Assembly: GCA_963796965.1 (NCBI GenBank)
Contig: CAWCNS010000004.1
Coordinates: 224,001-288,000, forward strand
Direction of reading: 5' to 3'
Origin: Calditrichia bacterium
Lineage (GTDB): Bacteria > Calditrichota > Calditrichia > JAJRVZ01
Length of the DNA: 64,000 nucleotides
Part shown: piece after piece, positions 18,509-29,558 of the stretch
How the letters are laid out: each line of letters opens with the position of its first letter
Numbering within the stretch: the first letter of the stretch is position 1
Made by a program: the position numbers and the translations under genes
Notes under the pieces: model-generated
What the model was told of the DNA's origin: nothing
Databases searched by the model: none
Seen by the model: the letters and a program-made list of their open reading frames with translations, nothing else

Positions 18509-21500
18509 ATGAGACTTAAAATAATTTCTACGACTATACTAATCATTTTAATGATTCACTCTGTTGGAAAGAATCTCCATGCACAGCAGGCATTCATTGG
18601 GGAAAAACAGCAAGCCTTTAAAACGTATCCCTATTCTGATCCAAATCCAATAGCAAATATTGGGATTATATATCCCTACTTCAGGTTTGATGGATACTCT
18701 AATAGTGGTCAATCGCAAGAATGGAAAATGGTTACTTTGGAGAATGATTATATCAAAGTATTTATCACCCCGGAAATAGGCGGGAAAATATGGGGGGCAT
18801 TGGATAAATCAACCGGTAAAATGTTCATCTATTATAACGGGGTTGTCAAATTCAGAGATATTGCCATGCGCGGCCCGTGGACTTCTGGTGGAATTGAAAC
18901 AAATTTCGGGACAATTGGTCATGCGCCGACCTGCTCATCTCCGGTTGATTATATCTTGCAGGAGAATAGTGATAGTAGTGTCAGCTGTATTATCGGGGCA
19001 ATGGATCTTCCCTCAAGGACCACCTGGAGAGTGGAAATTCGATTGCCTAAAGATAAAGCATTCTTTGAGACAAACGCTATTTGGCATAACAACTCTCCAT
19101 TACATCAACCCTATTACCATTGGATGAATAGTGCTGCCAGAACCTCTGATGATTTGGAGTTATATTTTCCGGGTCATAGTTTTATTGGTCATGATGGTCG
19201 ATCACATAGTTGGCCGGTAAATAATGATGACCGGGATTTATCGTTTTATGTAAATAATAACTTTGGCAGTTATAAATCCTATCATGTGCTAGGCCAGTAT
19301 AACGGCCTATTTGGGGGTTATTACCATAACGATCAGTTCGGATTTGGGAATTGGTCTCTGTATGGAGATAAACCGGGGAAAAAATTATGGATCTGGGGAT
19401 TGTCCCGGCAAGGGATGATCTGGGAAAAATTGCTAACCGATACAGACGGACAATATATAGAATGGCAATCCGGCCGACTATTCAATCAGGCGGCAAGGTC
19501 GAGTGGCGAGACACCTTTCAAACACCGTACATTTTTTCCTTATGCAACCGATAAATGGCGTGAAATCTGGTTCCCGGTAATTGGAACGAATGGTTTGACC
19601 GCTGCATCTCCTTTAGGGATCTTGAATGTTGAACAAAAAAACACTCAGACAATATTATATTTTTGTCCTCTTCAAAAAATCAATGATATCCTGTCTGTGA
19701 AAATGGATGGGAAGGAACTCTATTCTAATCAATTAAGTCTTAGTCCCATGCAGGTATTTGTAGATTCAATCCCATCTATCATTTCTGAAGAAACCCAGGT
19801 TTATCTTGGCAATCAAACACTGAACGTTTCGTCCTCTGCAGATGAAACAGCACTCAACCGTCCGCTGAAAACAGCGGATGAATTTGATTGGACTACCATT
19901 CAGGGGATGTCACTAAAGGCTAATGAAGAATATAAACAGCGCAACTATAGTGAGGCCCAGGCACTATATACTGCCTGTTTAGAAAAGGACCCATACTACT
20001 TGGAAGCCCTAACCAAAATGGCAGAATTGCATTACCGTCGGATGAACTATGATTCTGCACTTACATATGCCAGACAGGCTCTGGCTATTGATACCTATGA
20101 TGGGGCTGCAAATTTTATATATGGAACAATTAACCGACAGTTAGATCTATCTGCAGACGCCAAAGATGGATTTAGCCTGGCAGCACAGAGTATGGACTAT
20201 CGTTCGGCCGCTTATGCTCAGTTAGCAGAGATGTCAATTGAAGAAAAGAATTGGTATGAGGCGGAAGAATATGCATCCCGATCGATTGACTATAACCGAT
20301 TTAATTTGACTGCTTATCAGGTGCTTTCGATTGCTTTCCGCAAGCAGGGGTTGGAAAAAAGGGCACGAAATTCTCTCCAAGAATTATTAAAGATCGACCC
20401 TCTTAACCATATTGCCAGGTTTGAAAGCTATTTAATCGACAATAATAGAGAAGATTTACATGATTTTCAACGGTATATCCGGGGTGAATTACCGCAGGAA
20501 ACGTATCTGGAATTAGCGAGTGTCTACTATCATCTTGGATTGAATCAGGAATCCCTTGACCTCCTTGAGTTGGCACCAGTCAATCCCGATTGTTTTTTAC
20601 TGGCGGGCCTATCTCTTGGCCAAAACAGGTGAGATGAAAAAAAGTGAGGACTTATTAAGAAAAGCGGATATTCAATCACCCTATCTCATCTTTCCCTTTC
20701 GACAAGAAACAGCTCGTATCCTGATGTGGGCAAGGAATCAAAAATATAATTGGAAGCGTAATTATTACCTGGCTCTTATTTACTGGAATATGGGAAGAAA
20801 AAAAGAAGCTGGACAATTATTAGCAGCATGCCGTGAGGATCCTAAATATGCACCTTTTTATCTTACCCGGGCAAAGTTTTTGGAATCTCATGATCCGGAA
20901 GGGGCGCTCCGCGATTACCGAAAAGCGATTAAACTTGATAAATCAGAATGGCGGTCCTGGTTATTTCTATCCCGGTTATATTATAAAATGGGTGACAAGG
21001 AGAATTATCTGAAATCGCTTCAGACTATTTATCAGGAGTATCCAAAGGATTATCGTCTTGGCAGTTCCCTATGCCCAAGCCCTTGTATCGTTCTGCAGAA
21101 TTTCGATAAATGTCTGGAAGTTTTGGAAGGACAGACGTGCTGCCATTCGAGGGTGCCGGTGAAGCGCGAAAAATTTATAATCAGGCCCATCTTAGTCTGC
21201 CATAAATGACCTGGAAAATGATTCTCTTATTCGCGGCTCTGACACATCTGGATAAAGCCAGATTTTGGCCGGAAAATTTGGGAGCCGGAAAACCCTATGA
21301 AGTTGATGAGCGGTTGGAGGATTATTTGGAAATGATTATTCGGAATCGGCTCAATCAGAGTGAAAAAACAGAAAAGATTTCGATGAGAATTTTAGATCAA
21401 ACTAAACTTTATGAAACTGATACAGGTCCCAATCAGATTATAAGTGCTCTGGCTTTAGAACAACAGGGAGAACATAATGAAGCCTTATCCCTTTTGGAAA

Positions 21501-21658
21501 AATGGGCAGCGGTTTCTCCTGATAGTGAATTGGCCTTCTGGGCTGTGGCACATTTTAATGAAGATGGCGAGGAAGAAGATCGCTTCTATCAAAAAATCAA
21601 AGATCGGAAAGATATTGAGATCTATTTAAAAGTGATAGATCTGACAATATTAAATTAA
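18509..21658 (+). CDS. DUF5107-domain tetratricopeptide-repeat protein; two frameshifts
   Basis: 'LENDYIKVFITPEIGGKIW', 'GPWTSGGIE', 'PGKKLWIWG', then TPR-like helices continuing in ORFs 20556 and 21206 ('WPENLGAGKP'). Confidence 0.75.
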
Positions 21659-21707
21659 TCAGTCTAGTGTTTGTGAAAATGCAAGATTAGACAAGCAGGA
21701 TAATATT

Positions 21708-23997
21708 ATGAATAAATATATATCTATAGTATTTACTTTGTTTATCATCATTCTTTCACCGACGATAAAAGAATTAAATGCTGAACAAATTGGTGTAAAC
21801 TGGGAATTTGATGAAGAAAACAATTGTGAAGGATGGGAGATATTCTTTGGGGCGTCTGATCTTATAGTAACAAATGGAATCCTGCAGGCAACAGCAAGCG
21901 GATGGTTCCCCTGTCTCAAGAGTTCGGAGTTTGATGTTTCCGCAAAAGAATACGGTATCATTAGCCTTCGTATGAAAGTTAGTGGATCTTCCTCGGCCCG
22001 ATTTCTCTGGGAAACTGATAATGGTAATACCGGGATAATTTCGTTCCCGGTTTATGATGATACTTCTTTCCATGAATACCGGATTCCTGTTTACGATCTT
22101 GATAATTGGAGCGGACAGATTATTAAATTTCAAAGATTGGAGATTAGCGGATCCGATGATATTGTAGGGAAGAAAATAGAGATTGACTATATCAGAGTTT
22201 TGAGCACTGGCTTTCAACCACATGTCGATTATTTTAAACCACTAAGAACAATATTAAAGCCAGGGGATCCTATCCCACTGCGGGCGGGCATAAAAAATAA
22301 CGGTGACCGGGAAGGATCATTGACTATTGAATTAGATTTGCCGTCTGAATTTCAGTTAACCGAGGGATTTGAACAGAATACTATTTCGGTATTACAACCA
22401 AATAAAAGTGATACCCTGGCCTGGACGGTCATCTGTCAGGATACTGGTAATTTTTCATTATACTTATCGACTGTTACCGGATCCGGAGATTCGAGTGAAT
22501 CCATCTTGAATGTTTCTGTTACCAATCACTATTGGCGGCAAAAGGAGTTTATTCTTAGCGCCTGGTCCCCCCCTTCGGGAACAGACTCTGCATATACGTA
22601 TTATCAATCTGCGAATTTTGATAAGGTTTTGTGGTTGCCTCCAGACCAAACATCAGTCACTAGAGCAGAGCAGTTTAACATGCAATATATCCTAAGGGCG
22701 GGGAGTCTCCTGGGAGAGCACCGTTATCTCAGAGCAACAGAAAATATACCACCTGAAGAGTTAACCCCTGAAGATTTGTCAAAACTGGATGCTACTCTTG
22801 ACGGCGTTTATGGAAAATGAAGCGAATTTGGGATATTATATTACAGATGAACCGAATGCCCACGCCTATCCGAACCTAAGCAAAGTTGTGACATATATTC
22901 GGGAAAAAGATCCAACACGTTTGAGTTTTATAAATCTTTTTCCCACTTATGCCGATGAAGAACAACTGGGTACGGATAGCTACGATAACCATGTTGAACA
23001 ATTTATTGACATCGTTAAGCCTGAGCTCCTTAGCTACGATCATTATCACTTTTTTAATGGCAGAGATGGTAATGGTTATTTCAATAACCTTGGGATTATT
23101 AGAAAGTGGGCGATGAGATACGATATCCCATTTTGTAATATTATTCAGGCGATAGGATATGATGTTTTAGATTGGCGAATTCCCAATGAAAATGAACATC
23201 GCTGGCTGGTGTATTCTACTCTGGCATATGGTGCAAAAGCGATTATCTGGTTTCACTGGGATCATGATTGGGGTCTAACCAACTCTCCGAAACGCGATCA
23301 ATTATTTGCCTCTATTCAAAAGTTAAATAAGGAAATTAATATCATTGGTCCAGTCCTTTTGCCTTTAAAATCAGTTGCAGTCTATCATACAGGTACTGTT
23401 CCCTTTGGTGGTGAGCCTCTACCAATAGACGGATTGGTTAAAAGTGTAGATAATTCGGCAAACCTTGTCGTGGGAATTTATAAAGACCCTTCTGACGTGG
23501 ATTATCTGATGTTGATGAATAGAGATTACTCTGATTCTATTACCTCAACGGTTACATTAAATTATAGGTTAGATGAACTGCAGGTATTTGATGTGGATTC
23601 AGGCATATGGAAACAGAGTTTAAATTTTAGTGAATCCAAATTGGTTACCAACCTGCGCCCTGGTGAAGGTAAATTATATAAACTTGAGGGTAGTCTCACA
23701 GGTAATATCCGCAAAATGGATATATCTCCATCATCATTTGGATTGAGACAGAACTATCCAAATCCATTCAATCCCGTTACAATGATCAATTACCAATTAC
23801 CAATGAGCAATGCTGTAGAATTGAGTGTTTTTAATCTACTCGGTCAGAAAGTGGCAATACTTGTTAATGAAAAACAACAGGCTGGAAACTACCAGATTGA
23901 ATGGGATGCATCAAGGTTTGCCAGTGGTGTTTATCTCTATCGAATTATTACAGATAACGGATTGATCGACACAAAGAAATTATTATTACTGAAATAG
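21708..23997 (+). CDS. Multidomain secreted putative glycoside hydrolase with T9SS-type C-terminal domain; one frameshift near 22800
   Basis: Signal peptide and CBM/Ig-like N-terminus. TIM-barrel-like 'GYYITDEP', 'LSYDHY', 'LAYGAKAIIWF'. Ends 'LRQNYPNPFNP...SGVYLYRI...KKLLLLK'. Confidence 0.65.
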
Positions 23998-24011
23998 TCT
24001 CAACTATATAG

Positions 24012-24134
24012 CACGCGGATGACGTGGATTACACTGATTCTCACGGATTGAAATAAAATTTTATCCAGCATTTGGTGTATAGGATCTCGCTTCCATTTTC
24101 ACTAAAGGATATCATGTAATCCTGCGATCCTGTC
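24012..24134. repeat. Unpaired arms of two further tandem-arm families
   Basis: CACGCGGATGACGTGGATTACACTGATTCTCACGGATT (24012-24049) and ATCATGTAATCCTGCGATCCTGTC (24111-24134). Confidence 0.5.
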
Positions 24135-24207
24135 AAAAGAATATTTACATTATCATATAATACAAACATAATTAATTGATCAATATCAATAACAAAGGGG
24201 ATATACA

Positions 24208-25344
24208 ATGAGAATAGACAAGTCGTTACGCATGTTTCTGTTAATTTTAATGGTGGGGGTTACAAGTCTCCAGGCACAAGATGATGATCCAATAGTTTTT
24301 GGCCCATATCTTCAGAATATGACCTATCGCAGTGTGACAATTTGTTGGTCAACCCTGGAGGGAAAATCATTTGTTACACATCCGGGAGGAAAAATAGATA
24401 CGCTTCGTCACTATGAACAGCATCAGATAAAGTTGCCAAGATTGAAAGAGAAATCTACCTATAATTACGATGTTCTGGGAAATGGCGCGACGGAAGGTAT
24501 GGGTTCATTTACTACTTTTCCCAGGGGTATTGAACCATTCAAATTCGTTACCCTGGGTGATACCCGATCCCGTCATGATGTTCATCAAAAAATAGTCGAT
24601 CAAATTATCGAACAAAAACCCACATTTGTGATCAATACGGGGGATCTTGTAAGTAACGGTGATAATATCCTGGACTGGGAACAATTTTTTAAGATTAACC
24701 AGAATTTAATGCGGGATATTCCATACTTTCCGGTTCTAGGTAATCACGAAAAAGATTCACATTTTTATTTTGATTTTTTTGATCTGCCGGGTGACGGTCG
24801 CTATTATCATTTTAGTGTTGGGGATGCGCTTTTTCTAATGCTTGACAGCGAAGGACCAAATTTTGAAACGCCGTCCTATATTAAAGATGAAAATCGGGAA
24901 GCTTTCTGGGAAAATTATAATATAGAATATTTTAAAGAGCAAAAGGCCTGGGCGGAGCATATTCTTGATCTTCATGATGATGCTGGTTTTATCTTTGCGT
25001 TTATGCATAAACCCCTATATAGTATTAAAAAAAGCCGGCTGGAGGGTACGAAAATTCGCAGGGAATTCTGGGGTGATATTTTTGAACGGCATAATGTGCA
25101 GATTTTTATGAATGGACATGACCATCACTATCACCGAGCCGTGCATGGCGGTACACAATATATCACAACAGCAGGTGGCGGTGCGGGACTTTATGAAACC
25201 GATGCCCCGCAACCGGAGACCGTAAAGTATAATAAGACAGAGCATTTTGTTACAGTTGATGTAGGTCTTCAAGAAGCAACTTTGACTGTTATTGATATCA
25301 ATGGTGAAGTCATCGATACAGTCACGGTCCCCAAAAGAAAATAA
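24208..25344 (+). CDS. Purple-acid-phosphatase-like metallophosphoesterase, secreted
   Basis: 'GPYLQ' N-domain; calcineurin-like motifs 'LGDTR', 'NTGDLV', 'LGNHE', 'NGHDHHY'. Confidence 0.88.
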   Translation: MRIDKSLRMFLLILMVGVTSLQAQDDDPIVFGPYLQNMTYRSVTICWSTLEGKSFVTHPGGKIDTLRHYEQHQIKLPRLKEKSTYNYDVLGNGATEGMGSFTTFPRGIEPFKFVTLGDTRSRHDVHQKIVDQIIEQKPTFVINTGDLVSNGDNILDWEQFFKINQNLMRDIPYFPVLGNHEKDSHFYFDFFDLPGDGRYYHFSVGDALFLMLDSEGPNFETPSYIKDENREAFWENYNIEYFKEQKAWAEHILDLHDDAGFIFAFMHKPLYSIKKSRLEGTKIRREFWGDIFERHNVQIFMNGHDHHYHRAVHGGTQYITTAGGGAGLYETDAPQPETVKYNKTEHFVTVDVGLQEATLTVIDINGEVIDTVTVPKRK

Positions 25345-25407
25345 TTGATATAAAAAGTTTTTCTCTTGCACGAGACGCAATGATTAAAATATTTTTATTT
25401 GCAGTAA

Positions 25408-25524
25408 GTCATCCTGTCCCAAAGGGATGCCTTCGGCAAAAGGATCTTCCAATGTGTGGTAACAAAATCTATTAAAAGGAAGATTCTTATCCCGAGACGC
25501 GATCCCGTTCCGGGACAGAGTGAC
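25408..25524. repeat. GTCATCCTG...GGATCT / GATTC...TGAC REP-like element carrying a 22-nt insert
   Basis: GTCATCCTG[TCCCAAAGGGATGCCTTCGGCA]AAAGGATCTTCC ... GGAAGATTCTTATCCCGAGACGCGATCCCGTTCCGGGACAGAGTGAC. Sibling without the insert at 58696-58791. Confidence 0.8.
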
Positions 25525-25606
25525 GAGTCTATTAGGTATATTTCAATATTAGCATATATACTTCACTAATTAATCTTACATGCAATTGTCATTAAAAGGA
25601 GTGGTT

Positions 25607-27880
25607 ATGAAAAAGCCTACCTCAAAAACAAAAATTAGAATAACCACACTTTTGTTTCTTACCTTTGGTTTGATTTTCACCGGGTGTTCTGAGAAAATTG
25701 TTCTTATAGAAAATGGGAAAAGCGATTATAAAATCTTGGTGTCAGATGAGGCAGTTCCATCAGAAAAATATGCTGCTTCTGAATTGCAAAAATATATCAA
25801 TCAAATAAGTGGACTCCTTCTCCCAATAACAAATGACTATCAACCTTCAGAAAAATATATTTTTGTTGGATTTCATGGAGCTCCCGCCAAACAGACCCAA
25901 GATATTGATTATAAGCTTTTCGGATCGGAAGAATATATAATCAAAACATCCTCAGAAGGTATTCTGATTGCAGGTGGTAAACCTAGAGGTACCCTGTATG
26001 GCGTTATTGCATTTTTGTCGGATTATCTTGGCTGCCGTTGGTATACCCCGGATTTTAAGAAGATTCCTTCTAATAAAGATATTATACTTCCCCCTATTGA
26101 TTTAAGAGAGAAACCGGCATTCGAATACCGTGAAGCCTGGTATCGTGAAGCGTATGATCCTGAATGGGCTGTGCATAACCGCCTGAATCCATCTATCAAA
26201 TCAATACCTGATTCAATGGGTGGTGGATATAAAATATATCCATTTGTCCACACTTTTTACCAGCTGGTTTCTCCCAAGAAGTATTTCAAATCCCACCCCG
26301 AATATTTTTCACTAATCAACGGCAAACGAAAAGACCATGAAGCACAACTATGTTTAACAAATCCTGATGTCGTCCGCATTGCCATAGAAACAGTTTTCCG
26401 CTGGATTAAAGAGAATCCGGATGTTCAGGTGCTTTCTGTTGATCAGAATGATGGATATGGCTTCTGTGAATGTGAAGATTGTGCGGCCATCGATGAAGCT
26501 GAGGGTAGCCATTCCGGTACAATCCTTACATTTGTTAATCAAATTGCCGATACGGTAGCTAAAACACATCCGGGCATCCGCATTCAGACCTTGGCTTATG
26601 TATATAGTGAGATTCCTCCCAAAACGATAAGGCCTCATCCGATCGTGACCATCCGTCTCTGCCACTATAATTATTGCAGTGCGCATCATCTGGAGGGCTG
26701 CGATAATCATAAGGTATATATAGAGAGGCTTTTGGCCTGGAGTAAGATTGCAGATCGTTTGACAATTTGGGATTATTTTACCGATTTTAGTCACTATCTC
26801 ATTCCTTTCCCGAATTTTGAATCTCTGAAGCATGATGTGAGGTTTTATGCAGAGCATAAGTGTATTGGATTATTTGCCCAGGGCTGTAATGTGCCTCAAA
26901 AAGGCGGTGGGGAGTTTGCCTCCCTGAGGGCCTGGGTTTTTGCCCAATTGATGTGGAACCCGTATCAGGATGCCCAGATCCTGATTGATGAATTTGTAAC
27001 GGAAGTATATGGTAAGGCAGCACCTTTTGTAAAATCCTACATAGATTTACTTCATGAAAAAGTCAGACCTGATTCAGTCTTTTTTAGCATCTATGCTAAA
27101 CCAACCGACGGAGGTTATCTAACACCTGAATTGGTTAAGCAATCAGTTCAGCTTTTTAAGCAGGCTGAGAAGGCTGCTGACAATAATGAGGCATTATTAA
27201 AACGCGTGGAACTAGCAGAATTGCCGATATTATATACCCAACTTTATTTTTATTCCACGGGCGGTCAGGCCTATTTGAGCAAGGAATCAATGCCGGCAGT
27301 TTTGGATAAATTTATGAGAATAATTGAGGAAAATAGTATCACACAAATAGCAGAAGGCAGGGACAGAGGTGATATAACTAAGTTTGTTGAAAAAGTTACA
27401 AACCAACATAGATATCTGACAAATTGGTGGATCATCGGCCCTTTTGATAATCCTGATAAAAAAGGATTAGAAATGATTTTTCCCCCTGAGAAGGCATTTG
27501 AATCTGAAAAGTCTTATAAGGGTAGAAATGGTCAAATGGTTAAGTGGCGATACATTGAAAACAGACAGTCCGGTTATATCGATTTTACAAAGTTGTTTAA
27601 CCCATCAGATCTGGGTGTCGCCTATGCACGGGGTACGATAAATTCGAACGAAGATAGAGTGTTGAAAATTGGCGTTGGTAGTAATGATGGCGTTCGATTG
27701 TGGATAAATGGCAAGTTACTGTTAGACAGGCAAATTGAGCGTAAGGCGGAACCAAATCAGGATATCCTGGATGTGAACCTGAAAAAAGGGGAGAATGAGA
27801 TTCTGCTTAAAATCGATCAAACCGGTGGTGGATGGGGATTCTTCTTTACGGTGATTGAGGGAGAACAGTTTATCCTATAA
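25607..27880 (+). CDS. DUF4838-domain lipoprotein with shared C-terminal beta-sandwich module
   Basis: ATG 25607 after AGGAG (ORF track starts at 25580), lipobox 'FTGC'; 'RGTLYGV', 'PAFEYRE', 'HPEYF', 'QLCLTNP', 'DQNDG..FCEC'. CTD at 27413-27880. Confidence 0.8.
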   Translation: MKKPTSKTKIRITTLLFLTFGLIFTGCSEKIVLIENGKSDYKILVSDEAVPSEKYAASELQKYINQISGLLLPITNDYQPSEKYIFVGFHGAPAKQTQDIDYKLFGSEEYIIKTSSEGILIAGGKPRGTLYGVIAFLSDYLGCRWYTPDFKKIPSNKDIILPPIDLREKPAFEYREAWYREAYDPEWAVHNRLNPSIKSIPDSMGGGYKIYPFVHTFYQLVSPKKYFKSHPEYFSLINGKRKDHEAQLCLTNPDVVRIAIETVFRWIKENPDVQVLSVDQNDGYGFCECEDCAAIDEAEGSHSGTILTFVNQIADTVAKTHPGIRIQTLAYVYSEIPPKTIRPHPIVTIRLCHYNYCSAHHLEGCDNHKVYIERLLAWSKIADRLTIWDYFTDFSHYLIPFPNFESLKHDVRFYAEHKCIGLFAQGCNVPQKGGGEFASLRAWVFAQLMWNPYQDAQILIDEFVTEVYGKAAPFVKSYIDLLHEKVRPDSVFFSIYAKPTDGGYLTPELVKQSVQLFKQAEKAADNNEALLKRVELAELPILYTQLYFYSTGGQAYLSKESMPAVLDKFMRIIEENSITQIAEGRDRGDITKFVEKVTNQHRYLTNWWIIGPFDNPDKKGLEMIFPPEKAFESEKSYKGRNGQMVKWRYIENRQSGYIDFTKLFNPSDLGVAYARGTINSNEDRVLKIGVGSNDGVRLWINGKLLLDRQIERKAEPNQDILDVNLKKGENEILLKIDQTGGGWGFFFTVIEGEQFIL

Positions 27881-27903
27881 TACAAAATTTAAAATTCATT
27901 TAT

Positions 27904-27975
27904 GAACAAGGAACACCGATTAACGATTTGCGAAGTTATTGAAGATCTGATTTCGTAAATCGTTGATCCTTGTTC
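27904..27975. repeat. Imperfect inverted repeat (GAACAAGGA...TCCTTGTTC), possible terminator or mini-element
   Basis: GAACAAGGA 27904-27912 pairs with TCCTTGTTC 27967-27975. AACGATTTGCGAA pairs with TTCGTAAATCGTT. Confidence 0.65.
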
Positions 27976-28015
27976 TATATTCAAAATCTTTCTACAATAC
28001 TAACCGGGATAAATC

Positions 28016-29323
28016 ATGAAAAAATCATGCTCGTCGATTTATAAAATTGTGTACCAAATTTTAATCACTTTATGTTTACTTCCTGTTCTGTTGCATAGCG
28101 GGGATGTAAACACAAAGCCCAACATTATTCTGATCATGGCTGATGATTTGGGGTATGAAAGTCTCAGCTGTAATGGCAGTCAATCCTATAAAACACCTAA
28201 TCTGGATGAGCTCGCCGCTACGGGAATCCGCTTTGATCAATGCTTTTCGCAACCACTTTGTACGCCTTCACGGGTACAAATTATGACCGGTCGCTATAAT
28301 TTTCGTAATTATAAGATGTTTGGTTATTATTCCATTGAAGAAGTTAGTTTTGGAAATATTCTTAAAAAGGCCGGATATCAGACCTGTATTGCCGGTAAAT
28401 GGCAGTTAAGCAATGGTGTAGAGGGTCCACATCTGGCAGGCTTTGATGAATATTGCTTATGGCAGATATACCGCAAGATTGCCGGTGAATGGGTTGTGGG
28501 CTCGCGTTATGCCGATCCGACAATTCATCTAAATGGGCAGTTAATAAAAAATACAGAAGGGAAATATGGCCCTGATATTTTTTGTGATTTTATAGTTAAT
28601 TTTATTGAACGAAAAAAGTCAGAACCTTTCTTCGTTTATTATCCCATGGTTCTAACCCACGATCCCTTTAGTCCTTCCCCAGATCATCCCGACTGGAAGG
28701 TAGATAAATTTGCCAACGATACAACTTACTTCTCAGACATGGTTTCTTATATGGATAAAGTTGTCGGTCGCATTGTTGAAAAGTTAGATGAGCTTAAGAT
28801 CAGAGAAAATACTTTGATCTTGTTTACCGGTGACAATGGTAACCACCGCTCCATATATTCAAAAATTGGTGGGCGCTGGGTCCAGGGCGGTAAATCCAAA
28901 ATGATTTCGGCCGGAACCCATGTACCCTTCATCGCCAACTGGTCAGGAAAAATTTCACCGAATCAGGTTTCAGATAATCTGATTGACTTTACCGATTTTT
29001 TCCCAACGCTGGCAGATCTTGGTGGGGCTGAAACTCCGGAAGATCTCGTGATTGATGGAAAAAGTTTTCTCCCTCTTCTGCTTGGCGAGAAAGATGTACA
29101 CCGGGATTGGGTCTATATGTATTACTGGGGTAGGGGGCGGGATCTTCTTAAAAAAAGAGAAAGTGCACAAACCGCTCAATTGAAACTTTATGATAATGGT
29201 GACTTTTATGATTTTATTGCAGATCCCTTGGAAAAAAAGCCCATGGCAGATCATGAATTATCCACAGAGCAGATCCTGGTTAAAAAGGAATTGCAGGATG
29301 TTTTGGATAATATAAAAAAGTAA
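28016..29323 (+). CDS. S1-family (formylglycine) sulfatase
   Basis: 'KPNIILIMADDLG', 'CTPSR', 'AGKWQL', 'FTGDNG'. Confidence 0.92.
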   Translation: MKKSCSSIYKIVYQILITLCLLPVLLHSGDVNTKPNIILIMADDLGYESLSCNGSQSYKTPNLDELAATGIRFDQCFSQPLCTPSRVQIMTGRYNFRNYKMFGYYSIEEVSFGNILKKAGYQTCIAGKWQLSNGVEGPHLAGFDEYCLWQIYRKIAGEWVVGSRYADPTIHLNGQLIKNTEGKYGPDIFCDFIVNFIERKKSEPFFVYYPMVLTHDPFSPSPDHPDWKVDKFANDTTYFSDMVSYMDKVVGRIVEKLDELKIRENTLILFTGDNGNHRSIYSKIGGRWVQGGKSKMISAGTHVPFIANWSGKISPNQVSDNLIDFTDFFPTLADLGGAETPEDLVIDGKSFLPLLLGEKDVHRDWVYMYYWGRGRDLLKKRESAQTAQLKLYDNGDFYDFIADPLEKKPMADHELSTEQILVKKELQDVLDNIKK

Positions 29324-29401
29324 GAAGAACTTTACGTTTTAGCGATTGAGGGTAAGATGATTCAGTTCACTGGCGTAGTCTTCACGATAGAAATTTTTGT
29401 A

Positions 29402-29533
29402 TTTCTCGCAAAGTCGCCAAGACGCTAAGAAAATAAAATATTAGTCATTTTTAAGAGTAAATACCACGAATTTGATAATACGAAATAAGCTCTAAATAGA
29501 AAAAACTTTGCGTCTTGGCGCCTTTGCGAGAAA
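29402..29533. repeat. CGCAAAG-family inverted-repeat element upstream of sulfatase 2
   Basis: TTTCTCGCAAAGTCGCCAAGACGCTAAG ... CTTTGCGTCTTGGCGCCTTTGCGAGAAA. Confidence 0.85.
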
Positions 29534-29558
29534 AAAATAATAGAGATAAGAAATATCA

